A stretch of 62,772 bases of DNA, counting the filler, from Limisphaerales bacterium (GTDB lineage Bacteria; Verrucomicrobiota; Verrucomicrobiia; Limisphaerales; SIBE01), in NCBI GenBank assembly GCA_044225505.1. It is 13 parts of 13 records of this genome, joined end to end, with 100 filler letters (N's around TTAATTAATTAA, not from the genome) between each part and the next. Parts side by side here need not be neighbours in the genome. Positions count along the whole stretch, not along the records: positions 21,428 to 26,162 come from JBGAIN010000309.1; positions 26,263 to 30,971 come from JBGAIN010000310.1; positions 31,072 to 35,682 come from JBGAIN010000311.1; 10 more parts are not named here. One strand, 5' to 3'. The notes beneath the pieces were generated by a model. That model was not told where the DNA came from. It did not search any database and saw nothing but the letters and a program-made list of their open reading frames with translations. The position numbers and the translations under genes were made by a program. Below are positions 22,200 to 31,597 of this stretch, piece by piece (positions within the stretch are counted from its first letter, which is position 1; every line of letters starts with the position of its first letter).

Positions 22200-23687
22200 C
22201 TACGGCGGAAGAACGACCAAACTCAATTTCATCGCCCTGCTCGGACAATACTTAAATGGTGCTTCAACGAAAACCGGCTTGGACTCCAGCAGATCGATCC
22301 CGCGGACGCGCCGAATCGTGTCGGCGAGAGCCGCCGGCGGCTCTGTCGACTTCGTGGCGTCCCAAACGATTAACCAGGCGACATTGGTTGCCACCGGAAC
22401 CCCCATGAACTCCGGAACGATGACGGTGCTGCGCGGAAAAAATAGTCGGAGGTTCCCACCGACCCAACGAGTCGCCCCAACAATGACCGGGGGAAAAGCG
22501 GGAAACTGAGCGTGGAGGTTGGCGGACAGCGCGGCGTAGGGGGCATTGAGCCGCGTCGGACGGTGCGTCAATGACGCAGAGAACGGAATGCCAGGTAACA
22601 CCACCAACGCGGTACACGCTACCGACGCAATAATCCAACAAATGCGGTGTTCCGCGCCGCGGGTCAAGCGTTGGCGGACAAGCAATACAGCCCAGATTCC
22701 CAGGAGGAACGTCACTGGCTGAAACCAGCGATCTTTGAATTTGATCCCGCTGATGAGGACAATCACGACACAAAGACCTGAGATCACCAGCAGTGTGCGT
22801 CTAATCCAACGTTCCACGTCGGTAGGTTCGAGCAGCTTGCTGGGTTTGGATTGTTTGAACAATGCCGCAAAATATACCGCAGTAATTACCCCACCCAGCA
22901 TACCCGCACAGGCAAGCAGACTGATTAAGCCCTTCAACCGAGGAGTCAGCCCGACCCCATCACGCGCCCGCAGCACCTCTTGGCTGCGCCGCAACGCCAG
23001 GTCAGGACTAAACGCGATCCAGCGAAGATGCAGTCCGACGATGACAATTAGAACTAGCACGCTGAGAAGAAAGCGCGGATGCAATAGAACGCGCCGGTAT
23101 GTCGGAAGCGTCAGCGCCGCCAAAGCCAGCGCGAGCGCGAACAGACAATAACTATATTTGCTGAGTGTTCCCAGCCCCAGACAGAGGCCGAGAAGCGCGT
23201 AATTTAATATCGAACGGTTTTTTGCGACTCGGAGCACGGTCAGGAAAGTCGCTGCCGCCATGGCTGTCGCCAATACCGAATGCGTCAGATCTCGCTGCGA
23301 TTCCCACGTAATCTGCGGAAAGAGCAAAAGCGAGAATGCCGCCAACGTGGCAAGCCTCGCATCCCCCAAAACCTCCTTGGCGGCCAAGAACGTGAACCAC
23401 CCCGTCGCGAATAGCAGCAGATTCTTGAGTACCGTGGACGCTACAATACTAAGGCCGAGGATCTCAAACGCGAGCCTCTGCAGCCACGTGTATAGCGGCG
23501 GATCAGACCCGTACCCCCACGCCCAGGTTTGTACGCAAAGGAATTGAGCAGACTCATCCAACTCGGCGGTATCGGAAATCAGGATCCGAAACAAGGCCTG
23601 GACCAAGAAATAAGCTCCCAGCAGCGTGAGTCCACGCTTTTGAGTCAGCCAACGATCGACCATATGAGCGGCAGGTTCGGAGCTCAT
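22200..23687 (-). CDS. GT-C membrane glycosyltransferase (ArnT/PMT family)
   Basis: DE motif, GYGSDPPLYTWL, LSKY and many TM segments. Confidence 0.85.
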   Translation of the reverse strand: MSSEPAAHMVDRWLTQKRGLTLLGAYFLVQALFRILISDTAELDESAQFLCVQTWAWGYGSDPPLYTWLQRLAFEILGLSIVASTVLKNLLLFATGWFTFLAAKEVLGDARLATLAAFSLLLFPQITWESQRDLTHSVLATAMAAATFLTVLRVAKNRSILNYALLGLCLGLGTLSKYSYCLFALALALAALTLPTYRRVLLHPRFLLSVLVLIVIVGLHLRWIAFSPDLALRRSQEVLRARDGVGLTPRLKGLISLLACAGMLGGVITAVYFAALFKQSKPSKLLEPTDVERWIRRTLLVISGLCVVIVLISGIKFKDRWFQPVTFLLGIWAVLLVRQRLTRGAEHRICWIIASVACTALVVLPGIPFSASLTHRPTRLNAPYAALSANLHAQFPAFPPVIVGATRWVGGNLRLFFPRSTVIVPEFMGVPVATNVAWLIVWDATKSTEPPAALADTIRRVRGIDLLESKPVFVEAPFKYCPSRAMKLSLVVLPP

Positions 23688-23742
23688 TCCTACCAACCGC
23701 TCATAACTCTAGTTTCTTGTCCGGAACGAGGTCGGGTAGAGG

Positions 23743-24801
23743 TTAGAGCGCAGCCGCGACGAGGTCTCCAACTTGGGTCGTGCCAAAGCCCATCTTGCCC
23801 GCAGCGAGACTTTGAATCTTCTCGCGAGTAACTCGGATGACGGCTTCTTCAATGGCTTTTGCTGCGGCCGTTTCACCCAAGAAATCCAGCATCATCTGCC
23901 CCGCACAGATCGCGGCCAACGGATTAATCACGTTCTGGCCCGTATATTTCGGAGCGCTCCCGCCAATAGGCTCAAACATGCTAGTTCCCTGCGGATTAAT
24001 ATTGCCTCCGGCGGCAATGCCCATTCCACCCTGAATCATCGCCCCAAGGTCCGTGATGATATCTCCAAACATGTTATCCGTGACGATGACATCGAACCAT
24101 TCGGGATTCTTCACGAACCACATCGTGGTTGCATCGACGTGCGCGTAATCTCGTTTCACGTCGGCGTAATCTGCCTGTCCAATCTCATGGAACGCCCGCT
24201 CCCAAAGGTCGAAGGCGAAAGTAAGCACGTTGGTCTTGCCACACAGGGTCAGTTTCTTGGCGCGATTTCGTTTGCGGGTAAATTCGAAGGCGAATCGAAG
24301 GCACCGCTCCACCCCGCGCCGAGTGTTGACACTCTCCTGTAAAGCGACTTCATTCGGCGTTCCCTTGAACACAAACCCGCCCGCCCCCGTGTAAAGCCCC
24401 TCGTTGTTCTCGCGAACCACCACGAAATCGATATCCGCTGGCCCCTTGTCTTTCAACGGACAAAAACGCGGATCGTAAAGTTTCACCGGACGTAAATTAA
24501 TATATTGTTCCAGCTCGAAACGAAGCCGGAGCAGAATCCCCTTTTCTAGAATCCCTGGTTTGACGTCGGGATGTCCAATTGCGCCCAGCAAGATGGCGGG
24601 AAACTTGCGGAGTTCCTGAACCACGCTATCTGGTAACGCTTCCTTGGTTTTGAGATAACGCTCTCCGCCCAAGTCATAATCCGTGAAGTTGAGCTTCAGG
24701 GAAAACTTGCTGGCGGCAGCCTTCAAAACTTTAATAGATTCACGAATGACCTCGGGGCCGGTTCCGTCCCCGCCAATGACTGCGATGTCATAACTCTTCA
24801 T
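23743..24801 (-). CDS. leuB: 3-isopropylmalate dehydrogenase
   Basis: [32 protein letters not shown] and EPIGGSAP. Confidence 0.9.
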   Translation of the reverse strand: MKSYDIAVIGGDGTGPEVIRESIKVLKAAASKFSLKLNFTDYDLGGERYLKTKEALPDSVVQELRKFPAILLGAIGHPDVKPGILEKGILLRLRFELEQYINLRPVKLYDPRFCPLKDKGPADIDFVVVRENNEGLYTGAGGFVFKGTPNEVALQESVNTRRGVERCLRFAFEFTRKRNRAKKLTLCGKTNVLTFAFDLWERAFHEIGQADYADVKRDYAHVDATTMWFVKNPEWFDVIVTDNMFGDIITDLGAMIQGGMGIAAGGNINPQGTSMFEPIGGSAPKYTGQNVINPLAAICAGQMMLDFLGETAAAKAIEEAVIRVTREKIQSLAAGKMGFGTTQVGDLVAAAL

Positions 24802-24904
24802 AAACGCTTCTTCGCCACACGGGCGCAGTCCCTTCATGCTAAGGTTTCGGGCTGGGCTTTCAATCGAATTGTGCACAACCCCGATCGTGCTACCGGCCAG
24901 GCCA

Positions 24905-25768
24905 TCAGATAAACTGCGGGTGTTTCTGCAAGAGTTCCCAAGACGCCGCCGATAAGGGTAGTTGCCGGTAGACCGGCTCCCAGAGCGGCTCGGCACTAGT
25001 CGACGCTCGAACTCGCGCCAACCACCGCCGTTCCAGTGGATCCGCGACTAATTCACGGCAGTTGGCCGCGATGGTCGTCTCTTCTTTCTCACCGGTGGCG
25101 TGGCCTTTCCCGACAAAAAACCCCGCCAACAGGAGGGTCACACGAAGCAAAGTGCTACGCGAATACGTCGGGAGTGCGCACGGTCTCCGCGGGTCGAGCA
25201 TCTGGTAAAGGCGGGCGAACAGGGGCTGGGTCCACATCTCTGGATTCGTGGCCGGGGAATAGGCATCGAACAAGATGGCATGCGGCTTGGCCCACCCAGC
25301 CGCCGCTGGCTGTTGGATGAGCGAAGGGAAATTGGCCACGTGACACTCCCAGGTGACGGTGTGTTGCCCATTTTGAAATGTCCAAGGGCCAGTTCCGCCA
25401 GAGGCAAGCATCCGCAACACCTGCTCGTACTCGCCGAAATACCCCAATTCCACCGTATGGCGAAGTGCAAAACGAAGCGGCTCAAGCGTCTGATCAAAGC
25501 TGATCAGACGGAAACGACCGGGACTTCCCTGAATAGCCCGCAGTACGGCCACCACGTTCGCCGCCGCCCCCAAACCGACGTCCCAGACCACAAATTCCTC
25601 TTTCTCCGAGCGAAAGCGCTCCGCCAATTTCAGCTGCCGCACATACAGAGCGTCAGCTTCCAAGATCGGGCCGACGACGGGATGGAAAGTCTCCCCCAGG
25701 GCGACGCAATGGACACTGCGAACGCCATTCACCAATGGGACAATCCGATAGTTTTCACTGCAATCCAC
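24905..25768 (-). CDS. Stand-alone MnmC/MnmD-like SAM-dependent methyltransferase
   Basis: GETFHP, DVGLGAAAN, FDAYSPATNPEMW and TYS. Confidence 0.75.
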   Translation of the reverse strand: MDCSENYRIVPLVNGVRSVHCVALGETFHPVVGPILEADALYVRQLKLAERFRSEKEEFVVWDVGLGAAANVVAVLRAIQGSPGRFRLISFDQTLEPLRFALRHTVELGYFGEYEQVLRMLASGGTGPWTFQNGQHTVTWECHVANFPSLIQQPAAAGWAKPHAILFDAYSPATNPEMWTQPLFARLYQMLDPRRPCALPTYSRSTLLRVTLLLAGFFVGKGHATGEKEETTIAANCRELVADPLERRWLARVRASTSAEPLWEPVYRQLPLSAASWELLQKHPQFI

Positions 25769-25846
25769 GCCGCAATGGTTACCGAACCGTGGACTACATT
25801 CAGCCCAAATCTGCGAGCCCCCGCATCCCTTCGCGAAGAGGACAGT

Positions 25847-26162
25847 TTAATTCAAAGGAATGCCACGGCGAACGTATGTTGGAATATCTAGATCTTCCCC
25901 ACGGTGCAATGTGGGATGGCTTTTCTCGAAGCGCCCTTTGGAGATGATGTCCAGAGGCAGGTTGCCTTGCTGCAGCTTGCGCGGAGAGAACCTCACGCCA
26001 CCGGGAGGATGTGGTGTCCGACCGCCCGATCCATCCAGAGGAGGTTCTAAAGTCAGGGTCGATCCCCCTGGAGTGAAGCGTGAACCAGCCGACTCGGCGG
26101 GCGGTGAAACTGAAGAGCGCGTGCCTTGAATCGGACCCGTCCCCATGCCGGGAGACATGCGA
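25847..26162 (-). CDS. ftsZ: Probable cell division protein FtsZ C-terminal linker and conserved peptide (5'-truncated)
   Basis: Low-complexity Pro/Gly linker ending GRFEKSHPTLHRGEDLDIPTYVRR, matching the FtsZ C-terminal DLDIP.F.R peptide. Confidence 0.6.
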
Positions 26163-26262
26163 NNNNNNNNNNNNNNNNNNNNNNNNNNNNNNNNNNNNNN
26201 NNNNNNTTAATTAATTAANNNNNNNNNNNNNNNNNNNNNNNNNNNNNNNNNNNNNNNNNNNN

Positions 26263-26401
26263 ACGTCCTCGGCCGTCCCGTCGGGACTTGGAATCGCGCC
26301 CATTCAACCTCGGCGTTAAAACGCCGAGCTATTCTCGAGTTGCCCCATCCGGGGCGCCAGGAGGCAATTACCGAATGGCATTAGGATAAATCCCGCGATC
26401 C
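26263..26401 (-). mobile_element. MITE-like element end (TAATGCCATTCGGTAATT) with REP-like internal units
   Basis: Near-identical to 44965-45107 and overlaps the start of 54292-54564. Confidence 0.7.
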
Positions 26402-26490
26402 TTGGTGGTACTGTCAAGATACGCCCCTGCCCGACGCACGCAGCGGGTTCCGTCTGGTCAGCGCACCAGCCGCCTGCTAGATTCGCCCGC

Positions 26491-27471
26491 ATGCGTTTTG
26501 GCGCGCACACCTCAACTTCCGGCGGACTGCATAAGGCGCTCGAGCGGACCGAGCGAATTGGGGGTGAGATTTGCCAAATCTTCGTTAAGAACAACATGCA
26601 ATGGTTCGGGAAACCATTCTTACCGGACGCAGTTTCCCAATTCGAAAGCCATCCATTACGACGCCAACTGCACCGGATCTTTGGGCACACCGGGTATCTA
26701 ATCAACCTGGGCGCTGCGCCTAGCGCTAATCGGGATAACTCGATTCGTTCATTGATTCAGGAGATCGAGTTTGCGACGCAGATCGGGTTGCCATTTCTGG
26801 TGTTGCATCCCGGCGCCCATTTGGGCCAGGGCGAAGAGGCGGGGCTAGGCCGGGTGGTGGAAGGTTTAAACGAAGTCTTCCGTAGCACTCGCCCTTCGTC
26901 GGTCCGCATAGCGCTGGAGAATACCGCGGGACAAGGGACCTGCTTGGGCTGCCAATTGGCGCATCTGGGAGCGATTTACGAAGCCGTCGACAGCCCAGAC
27001 AGGCTGGGGGTCTGCCTGGATACGGCGCATTTCTTTGCCGCGGGCTATGATATTCGCACTCCTGGAGGTTGGAATGCAGCGATCGGCGAGCTGGATTCCA
27101 TGGTCGGCTTGGAACAGATCCTGGCCTTTCACCTGAACGATTCCAAAACGGACCTGGGTTCCCGAGTGGATCGGCACGCGCACATTGGCCAAGGAAAGAT
27201 CGGGCGCGAGGCCTTCCGCCACATCGTCAATGATGCGCGTTTTCGTGATCATCCCGGATGCCTGGAGACGCCCAAATCAGACGATCTCCACGAAGATATC
27301 GAAAACCTGGCAATTCTGCGCTCGCTGCTGGAGCTTTCTCAATCCGCTGCGACCCGACCTGCCAGGAAAGTTTCCAGTGCCAAGTCCGAAGTCCCAACTT
27401 CAACACGACGACCGTCGAACAAATCTCCGAAACCACAGAACCAGAAAAGGCGATCTGCCACCAAGCAATGA
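26491..27471 (+). CDS. nfo: Endonuclease IV
   Basis: GAH, GYLINL, HPG, LENTAG, CLDTAH, HLNDSK, DRH and LETP. Confidence 0.95.
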   Translation: MRFGAHTSTSGGLHKALERTERIGGEICQIFVKNNMQWFGKPFLPDAVSQFESHPLRRQLHRIFGHTGYLINLGAAPSANRDNSIRSLIQEIEFATQIGLPFLVLHPGAHLGQGEEAGLGRVVEGLNEVFRSTRPSSVRIALENTAGQGTCLGCQLAHLGAIYEAVDSPDRLGVCLDTAHFFAAGYDIRTPGGWNAAIGELDSMVGLEQILAFHLNDSKTDLGSRVDRHAHIGQGKIGREAFRHIVNDARFRDHPGCLETPKSDDLHEDIENLAILRSLLELSQSAATRPARKVSSAKSEVPTSTRRPSNKSPKPQNQKRRSATKQ

Positions 27472-28628
27472 CTGCAAGCTTAACTACCTTCTCCTTCCCA
27501 ACCTTGACCCTATTCGGCGCTGGCGCGATTCGGGAACTTCCATCTCGCCTGGCAAAGATTGGAGTGCGTCGTCCGCTCGTCGTGACGGACGGCGGGGTGG
27601 CGCAAACCGCGGCTTTTCAAAGCGTGGCGGCCGTTCTGAACCCGGCGCAGCGCGACCAATCCTGGTTCGTTTATGCTGGCGTACATCCAAACCCGATCGA
27701 GAACGACGTCCGGGAAGCAGCCGATGCCTTCCGAACCCATGGCTGCGACGGAGTGATCGCTTTAGGGGGCGGCAGCCCACTCGACGCCGGCAAGGCCGCG
27801 CGGGTTCTGGTCAAGCGTCCAGGCTTTGACCTGAGCAAATTCTATAACGAGACCGAATGGTCTGGCCTCGCTCCATTGGTCGCCATTCCAACGACCGCAG
27901 GGACGGGCAGCGAAGTCGGCCGCAGTTCGGTCATCACCTTGCCCGCCACCAAGCGGAAAGCAGTTCTTTTCCATCCGGAACTCCTGGCTAAGTTCGTCAT
28001 TCTAGATCCAGAATTGACCGTTGGGTTGCCGCCGAAACTGACCGCCGCCACGGGCGCGGATGCGCTGACGCACTGCATCGAAAGTTTCACCTGCCCGGTG
28101 TTCCACCCCATGTGCGATGGTGTTGCCCTTGAGGGGATTCACCTGATCATTGACGCCCTTCCCCGAGCGGTCCGAAATGGCGCGGACATCGATGCGCGCG
28201 GCAAAATGCTGGTGGCAGCCGCCATGGGCGCGGTCGCATTTCAGAAAGATTTGGGTGTGGTCCATTCTCTCGCGCATCCGTTATCGACCTTATGCGGCAT
28301 GCACCACGGATTGGCCAACGCGCTCTGCTTGGTGACGGGAATGCGCTTCTGCGCTCAGCGTAAGCCAGGGCTCTATCGACGGGTAGGGGTCGCGTGCGGG
28401 CTCGATGTTTTCAAGTGCAGCGACGCCGAAGCGGATCAGCGCACGATTTCCTTCATCGCAGATTTTCTCAAGGGCCTTGGGCTGAACACCAAGCTGCGCG
28501 AGCACGGCGTCAAACCTGAACTTCTGCCTGCTTTGGTTGACCAAGCGGTGGATGACCCTTGCCACAAGACCAACGCCGTCCCTGTGACCGCCGACGATTT
28601 CCGCGCACTCTATAGCGAAGTGCTCTAG
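27468..28628 (+). CDS. Iron-containing alcohol dehydrogenase
   Basis: GGGSPLD, PTTAGTGSE, DALTHCIE, HSLAH and HG; ATGA overlap with nfo. Confidence 0.93.
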   Translation: MTASLTTFSFPTLTLFGAGAIRELPSRLAKIGVRRPLVVTDGGVAQTAAFQSVAAVLNPAQRDQSWFVYAGVHPNPIENDVREAADAFRTHGCDGVIALGGGSPLDAGKAARVLVKRPGFDLSKFYNETEWSGLAPLVAIPTTAGTGSEVGRSSVITLPATKRKAVLFHPELLAKFVILDPELTVGLPPKLTAATGADALTHCIESFTCPVFHPMCDGVALEGIHLIIDALPRAVRNGADIDARGKMLVAAAMGAVAFQKDLGVVHSLAHPLSTLCGMHHGLANALCLVTGMRFCAQRKPGLYRRVGVACGLDVFKCSDAEADQRTISFIADFLKGLGLNTKLREHGVKPELLPALVDQAVDDPCHKTNAVPVTADDFRALYSEVL

Positions 28629-28790
28629 CCCAAGAGCAGCGGGTTTGGGTCGGTATTAATTAGGCCTGAGGAGCGCCAGGTCCAGGGATCTCCGTCGTCG
28701 CGGAGACCCGCGCAGGCTGGCGAACCGCAGTTGTGCGCACCGTAAGCGCGGACCGCGACGTCAGCGGACGCATGATCCGTTGGGACTCGG

Positions 28791-29093
28791 CTAATCAGGA
28801 GTGCGTTTCCGAGTCTCTTCGAGTCGAATTCTTTCCTGTTGTCGATTGAAGATTGGAATGCCCAGGACAGCGAGGGCAACGATGGCTACCCAAACGCAGG
28901 AACGTAGCGAGGGCACAAAGTGCAGGACCGTCACGATGAGGCCTATCAGAAGCCAAATCGAGATCGCCGCAACGATCACGAAGCGGCGTTCGCGCGGGCT
29001 CGACGTATTCCTGAGGCTAAAGACCGTGCCCACAATGCCGCCAAGGACTCCCAGCGCTGGCCCAACGAAGTTCCGTATGGAGTCGGGACCCAT
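28791..29093 (-). CDS. Small membrane protein (3 TM)
   Basis: Three hydrophobic segments; downstream of the floA operon genes. Confidence 0.6.
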   Translation of the reverse strand: MGPDSIRNFVGPALGVLGGIVGTVFSLRNTSSPRERRFVIVAAISIWLLIGLIVTVLHFVPSLRSCVWVAIVALAVLGIPIFNRQQERIRLEETRKRTPD

Positions 29094-29109
29094 CGCGATC
29101 GCCTTGACT

Positions 29110-29739
29110 TCATCCTTCCAACGATTTTGGAGGATTGAAAATCAGCGAGGCAACAAACGCTTCCCGAGCTTGGCGACGCCCAAATGCCCGTCGCGGCGTC
29201 GGCGCGGCCGGCTTGCGAGAAGCGGGTCGGGTGATCTGATGGGAAGTCCGCTGATCCACTCCGCGAAAGTGCTGGGCGACCGACTCGTGTAGATGCAGCG
29301 CTCGGTCGTAGGCGGATGAAGCCGCGCCAAAGCGAGGTGTGGCTTCCGTCAAAACGGGAGCGGCGGGCGAACTCGACGGCGGGGCCATCGGTTTGCTCGT
29401 AGGGCTGAGTCTTGGCCGAGGGACCGATGAGATTGGCGGTGGCACTTCTTGATGTTGGCTCGGAGCTGGAATGGGCCGAGGCGGGGCCGAAGCTGGGCTT
29501 TCACCCCCCAACAAACGCCGCAGTTCACGTTCCAAGACGGTCTCCAATGTCGGGGCTGTTGTAGGAGCTGGGTCAAGAGGCGGCACGCGAGGCCTGTTGC
29601 GATTCGGCGACATGCTCGGCTGGCGAGGTGGACCTGGAACGGGCGGCGGGGCTTCCTGGGACTGTTGCGCGCGTTTTTGCAGCCAGTTGGAAAGGCCAGC
29701 GATGGCCATCACCAGCAAGGCAAAGAACAATGATTCCAT
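29110..29739 (-). CDS. Pro-rich membrane-anchored protein (YqfB-like position in nfeD-floA operon)
   Basis: N-terminal TM, Pro-rich body, C-terminal AREAFVASLIFNPPKSL. Confidence 0.65.
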   Translation of the reverse strand: MESLFFALLVMAIAGLSNWLQKRAQQSQEAPPPVPGPPRQPSMSPNRNRPRVPPLDPAPTTAPTLETVLERELRRLLGGESPASAPPRPIPAPSQHQEVPPPISSVPRPRLSPTSKPMAPPSSSPAAPVLTEATPRFGAASSAYDRALHLHESVAQHFRGVDQRTSHQITRPASRKPAAPTPRRAFGRRQAREAFVASLIFNPPKSLEG

Positions 29740-29760
29740 GGAAGCCACAGCGGCGAATCC

Positions 29761-30834
29761 TTAGGTCTTTGGCGGTTGATGCGCGGAAGCTGGGTCCGTC
29801 CCCGCGATGCTATCGCGCATCGACGTGTCCGCTTGCATGTTGCGCATACGATAATAGTCCATTACACCAAGATTGCCAATGCGGAAGGCCTCGGCCATCG
29901 CCAGCGGCACCTGCGCTTCCGCTTCCACAACCCGGGCACGCATCTCTTGCACGCGCGCGGACATTTCCTGCTCCAAAGCAACCGCGGCGGCCCGGCGCAC
30001 CTCCGCTTGCGCTTGGGCAATGAGTTTGTTGGCTTCGGCCTGCTCCGCTTGCAGCTTGGCGCCGACGTTCTCCCCGACGCTCACGTCCGCGATATCGATG
30101 GAAAGGATTTCGAACGCCGTATTGCTATCCAACGCCTTATCCAAGACTGTCTTGGAAATCCGATCGGGACGTTCCAGCACTTCCTTATAAGTGTCCGACG
30201 CGCCAATGCTCGCCACCATGCCTTCGCCGACCCGGGCAATGATCGTCTCTTCCGTCGCGCCGCCGACGAATCGTTCCAGATTCGTTCGGACCGTAACGCG
30301 GGCGCGGGATCGGACGAGGATGCCATCCTTGGCGACCCCGTCGACGGTGGCCTTGCCCGTAGCGGGATTTGGACAATCAATGACCTTTGGGTTGACCGAA
30401 GTCTTCACGGCTTCCAAGACGGTTTTGCCCGTGCCTTTAGTGGCCAGGTCGATGGCGCAAGCGCGATCAAAGTCCAGATGTATGCGCGCTTTGCGGGCCG
30501 CGATGAGAGCGAGAATAACCATTTCAACACTCCCACCTGCGAGGTAGTGGGACGATAGATCGTCGATGCTGATGTCCAACCCTGACTTTACCGCTGTGAT
30601 CCTGCTGTCCACGATCAATCCCACAGGAACGCGGCGTAATCGCAGCGCTATTAATTCGGTGAACGTCACGCGCGCGCCGGAGAAGAGAGCGCGTATCCAG
30701 ATGCTGAAAAAATTGATCAGGATGATACCAGCAATCAGGATGACGAGGCCGAAAAAGACCAACACCAGGATTGGCAAGCCGTTCACCTCTCGTCCGCCGA
30801 TGATCAAACCGAGTAGTCCCATCGAGTAAGCCAT
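29761..30834 (-). CDS. floA: Flotillin-like protein FloA (YqfA)
   Basis: [44 protein letters not shown] and GVMDYY. Confidence 0.93.
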   Translation of the reverse strand: MAYSMGLLGLIIGGREVNGLPILVLVFFGLVILIAGIILINFFSIWIRALFSGARVTFTELIALRLRRVPVGLIVDSRITAVKSGLDISIDDLSSHYLAGGSVEMVILALIAARKARIHLDFDRACAIDLATKGTGKTVLEAVKTSVNPKVIDCPNPATGKATVDGVAKDGILVRSRARVTVRTNLERFVGGATEETIIARVGEGMVASIGASDTYKEVLERPDRISKTVLDKALDSNTAFEILSIDIADVSVGENVGAKLQAEQAEANKLIAQAQAEVRRAAAVALEQEMSARVQEMRARVVEAEAQVPLAMAEAFRIGNLGVMDYYRMRNMQADTSMRDSIAGTDPASAHQPPKT

Positions 30835-30852
30835 AGAATTATCCGATGTTAA

Positions 30853-30971
30853 TTAAGTTGCCCGAACTACCACGCGCATTCCTTCCACCGCGACGACTTT
30901 AAGGGTCGACCCACGTTCAATCATGGGACCTTCCGTGACAACATCGACGCGCTGGCCTTGGATTACTGCTG
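30853..30971 (-). CDS. NfeD C-terminal OB-fold (5'-truncated)
   Basis: Translates AVIQGQRVDVVTEGPMIERGSTLKVVAVEGMRVVVRAT*; precedes floA. Confidence 0.85.
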
Positions 30972-31071
30972 NNNNNNNNNNNNNNNNNNNNNNNNNNNNN
31001 NNNNNNNNNNNNNNNTTAATTAATTAANNNNNNNNNNNNNNNNNNNNNNNNNNNNNNNNNNNNNNNNNNNN

Positions 31072-31324
31072 CGTTGACCGCCTGGTCCACAGGTTGAGTC
31101 GTGATGTTGGGGGCCGTTGGGACGACCAGCGCAAAGGTTTGGACAGATCCCGCCGCGATGGCCGTCACCCCGCTCTGCGCCGCGAGGGGCACCGTCGTTT
31201 GGCCGTTACCTCCCCAGGCCACCATCGCGTAAGAAACTGCCGCTTGAGCGATGCTGGTTCGAGACCAGTCGCAAAGGATGAGGAGCGTCACCGCGAGAGC
31301 CAAGCGAAAGAGTTGATGTTTCAC
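31072..31324 (-). CDS. Exported RCC1-repeat/immunoglobulin-domain protein (3'-truncated)
   Basis: Signal peptide, VAWG..GQTTVP..GVTAIAAG RCC1-like unit, then PNITTQP. Confidence 0.65.
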
Positions 31325-31442
31325 AATCTGGCCTTTTTCATTGTTCTTATTTCCGGCGACGAACGCCTGTTGCCCTGTCATCGGTCCAAGGCGTTTTCCG
31401 CCGCCCAATCATGCCACGGGCTTGAAGAATTTTTGAGCAAAG

Positions 31443-31578
31443 GAAAAGCGGTGGAGGACTACCGCCCGTCCTCCGTAGGAATACTGCGGAGGGTGGACAG
31501 TCCGAGACGCTTCGCGATTGGCGAGACTCCTGATGATTCCGCCAAGTTTTGGAGTGAGCCAGTCCTCTGGCTCTTTGG
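31443..31578. repeat. Inverted REP-like doublet with nested palindrome
   Basis: AAAGCGGTGGAGGACTACCGC...GAGACGCTTCGCG facing TTTTGGAGTGAGCCAGTCCTCTGGCTCTTT; same family as units at 7131, 36380 and 36848. Confidence 0.6.
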
Positions 31579-31597
31579 CAGCGGCAGCGGCCTGGGT

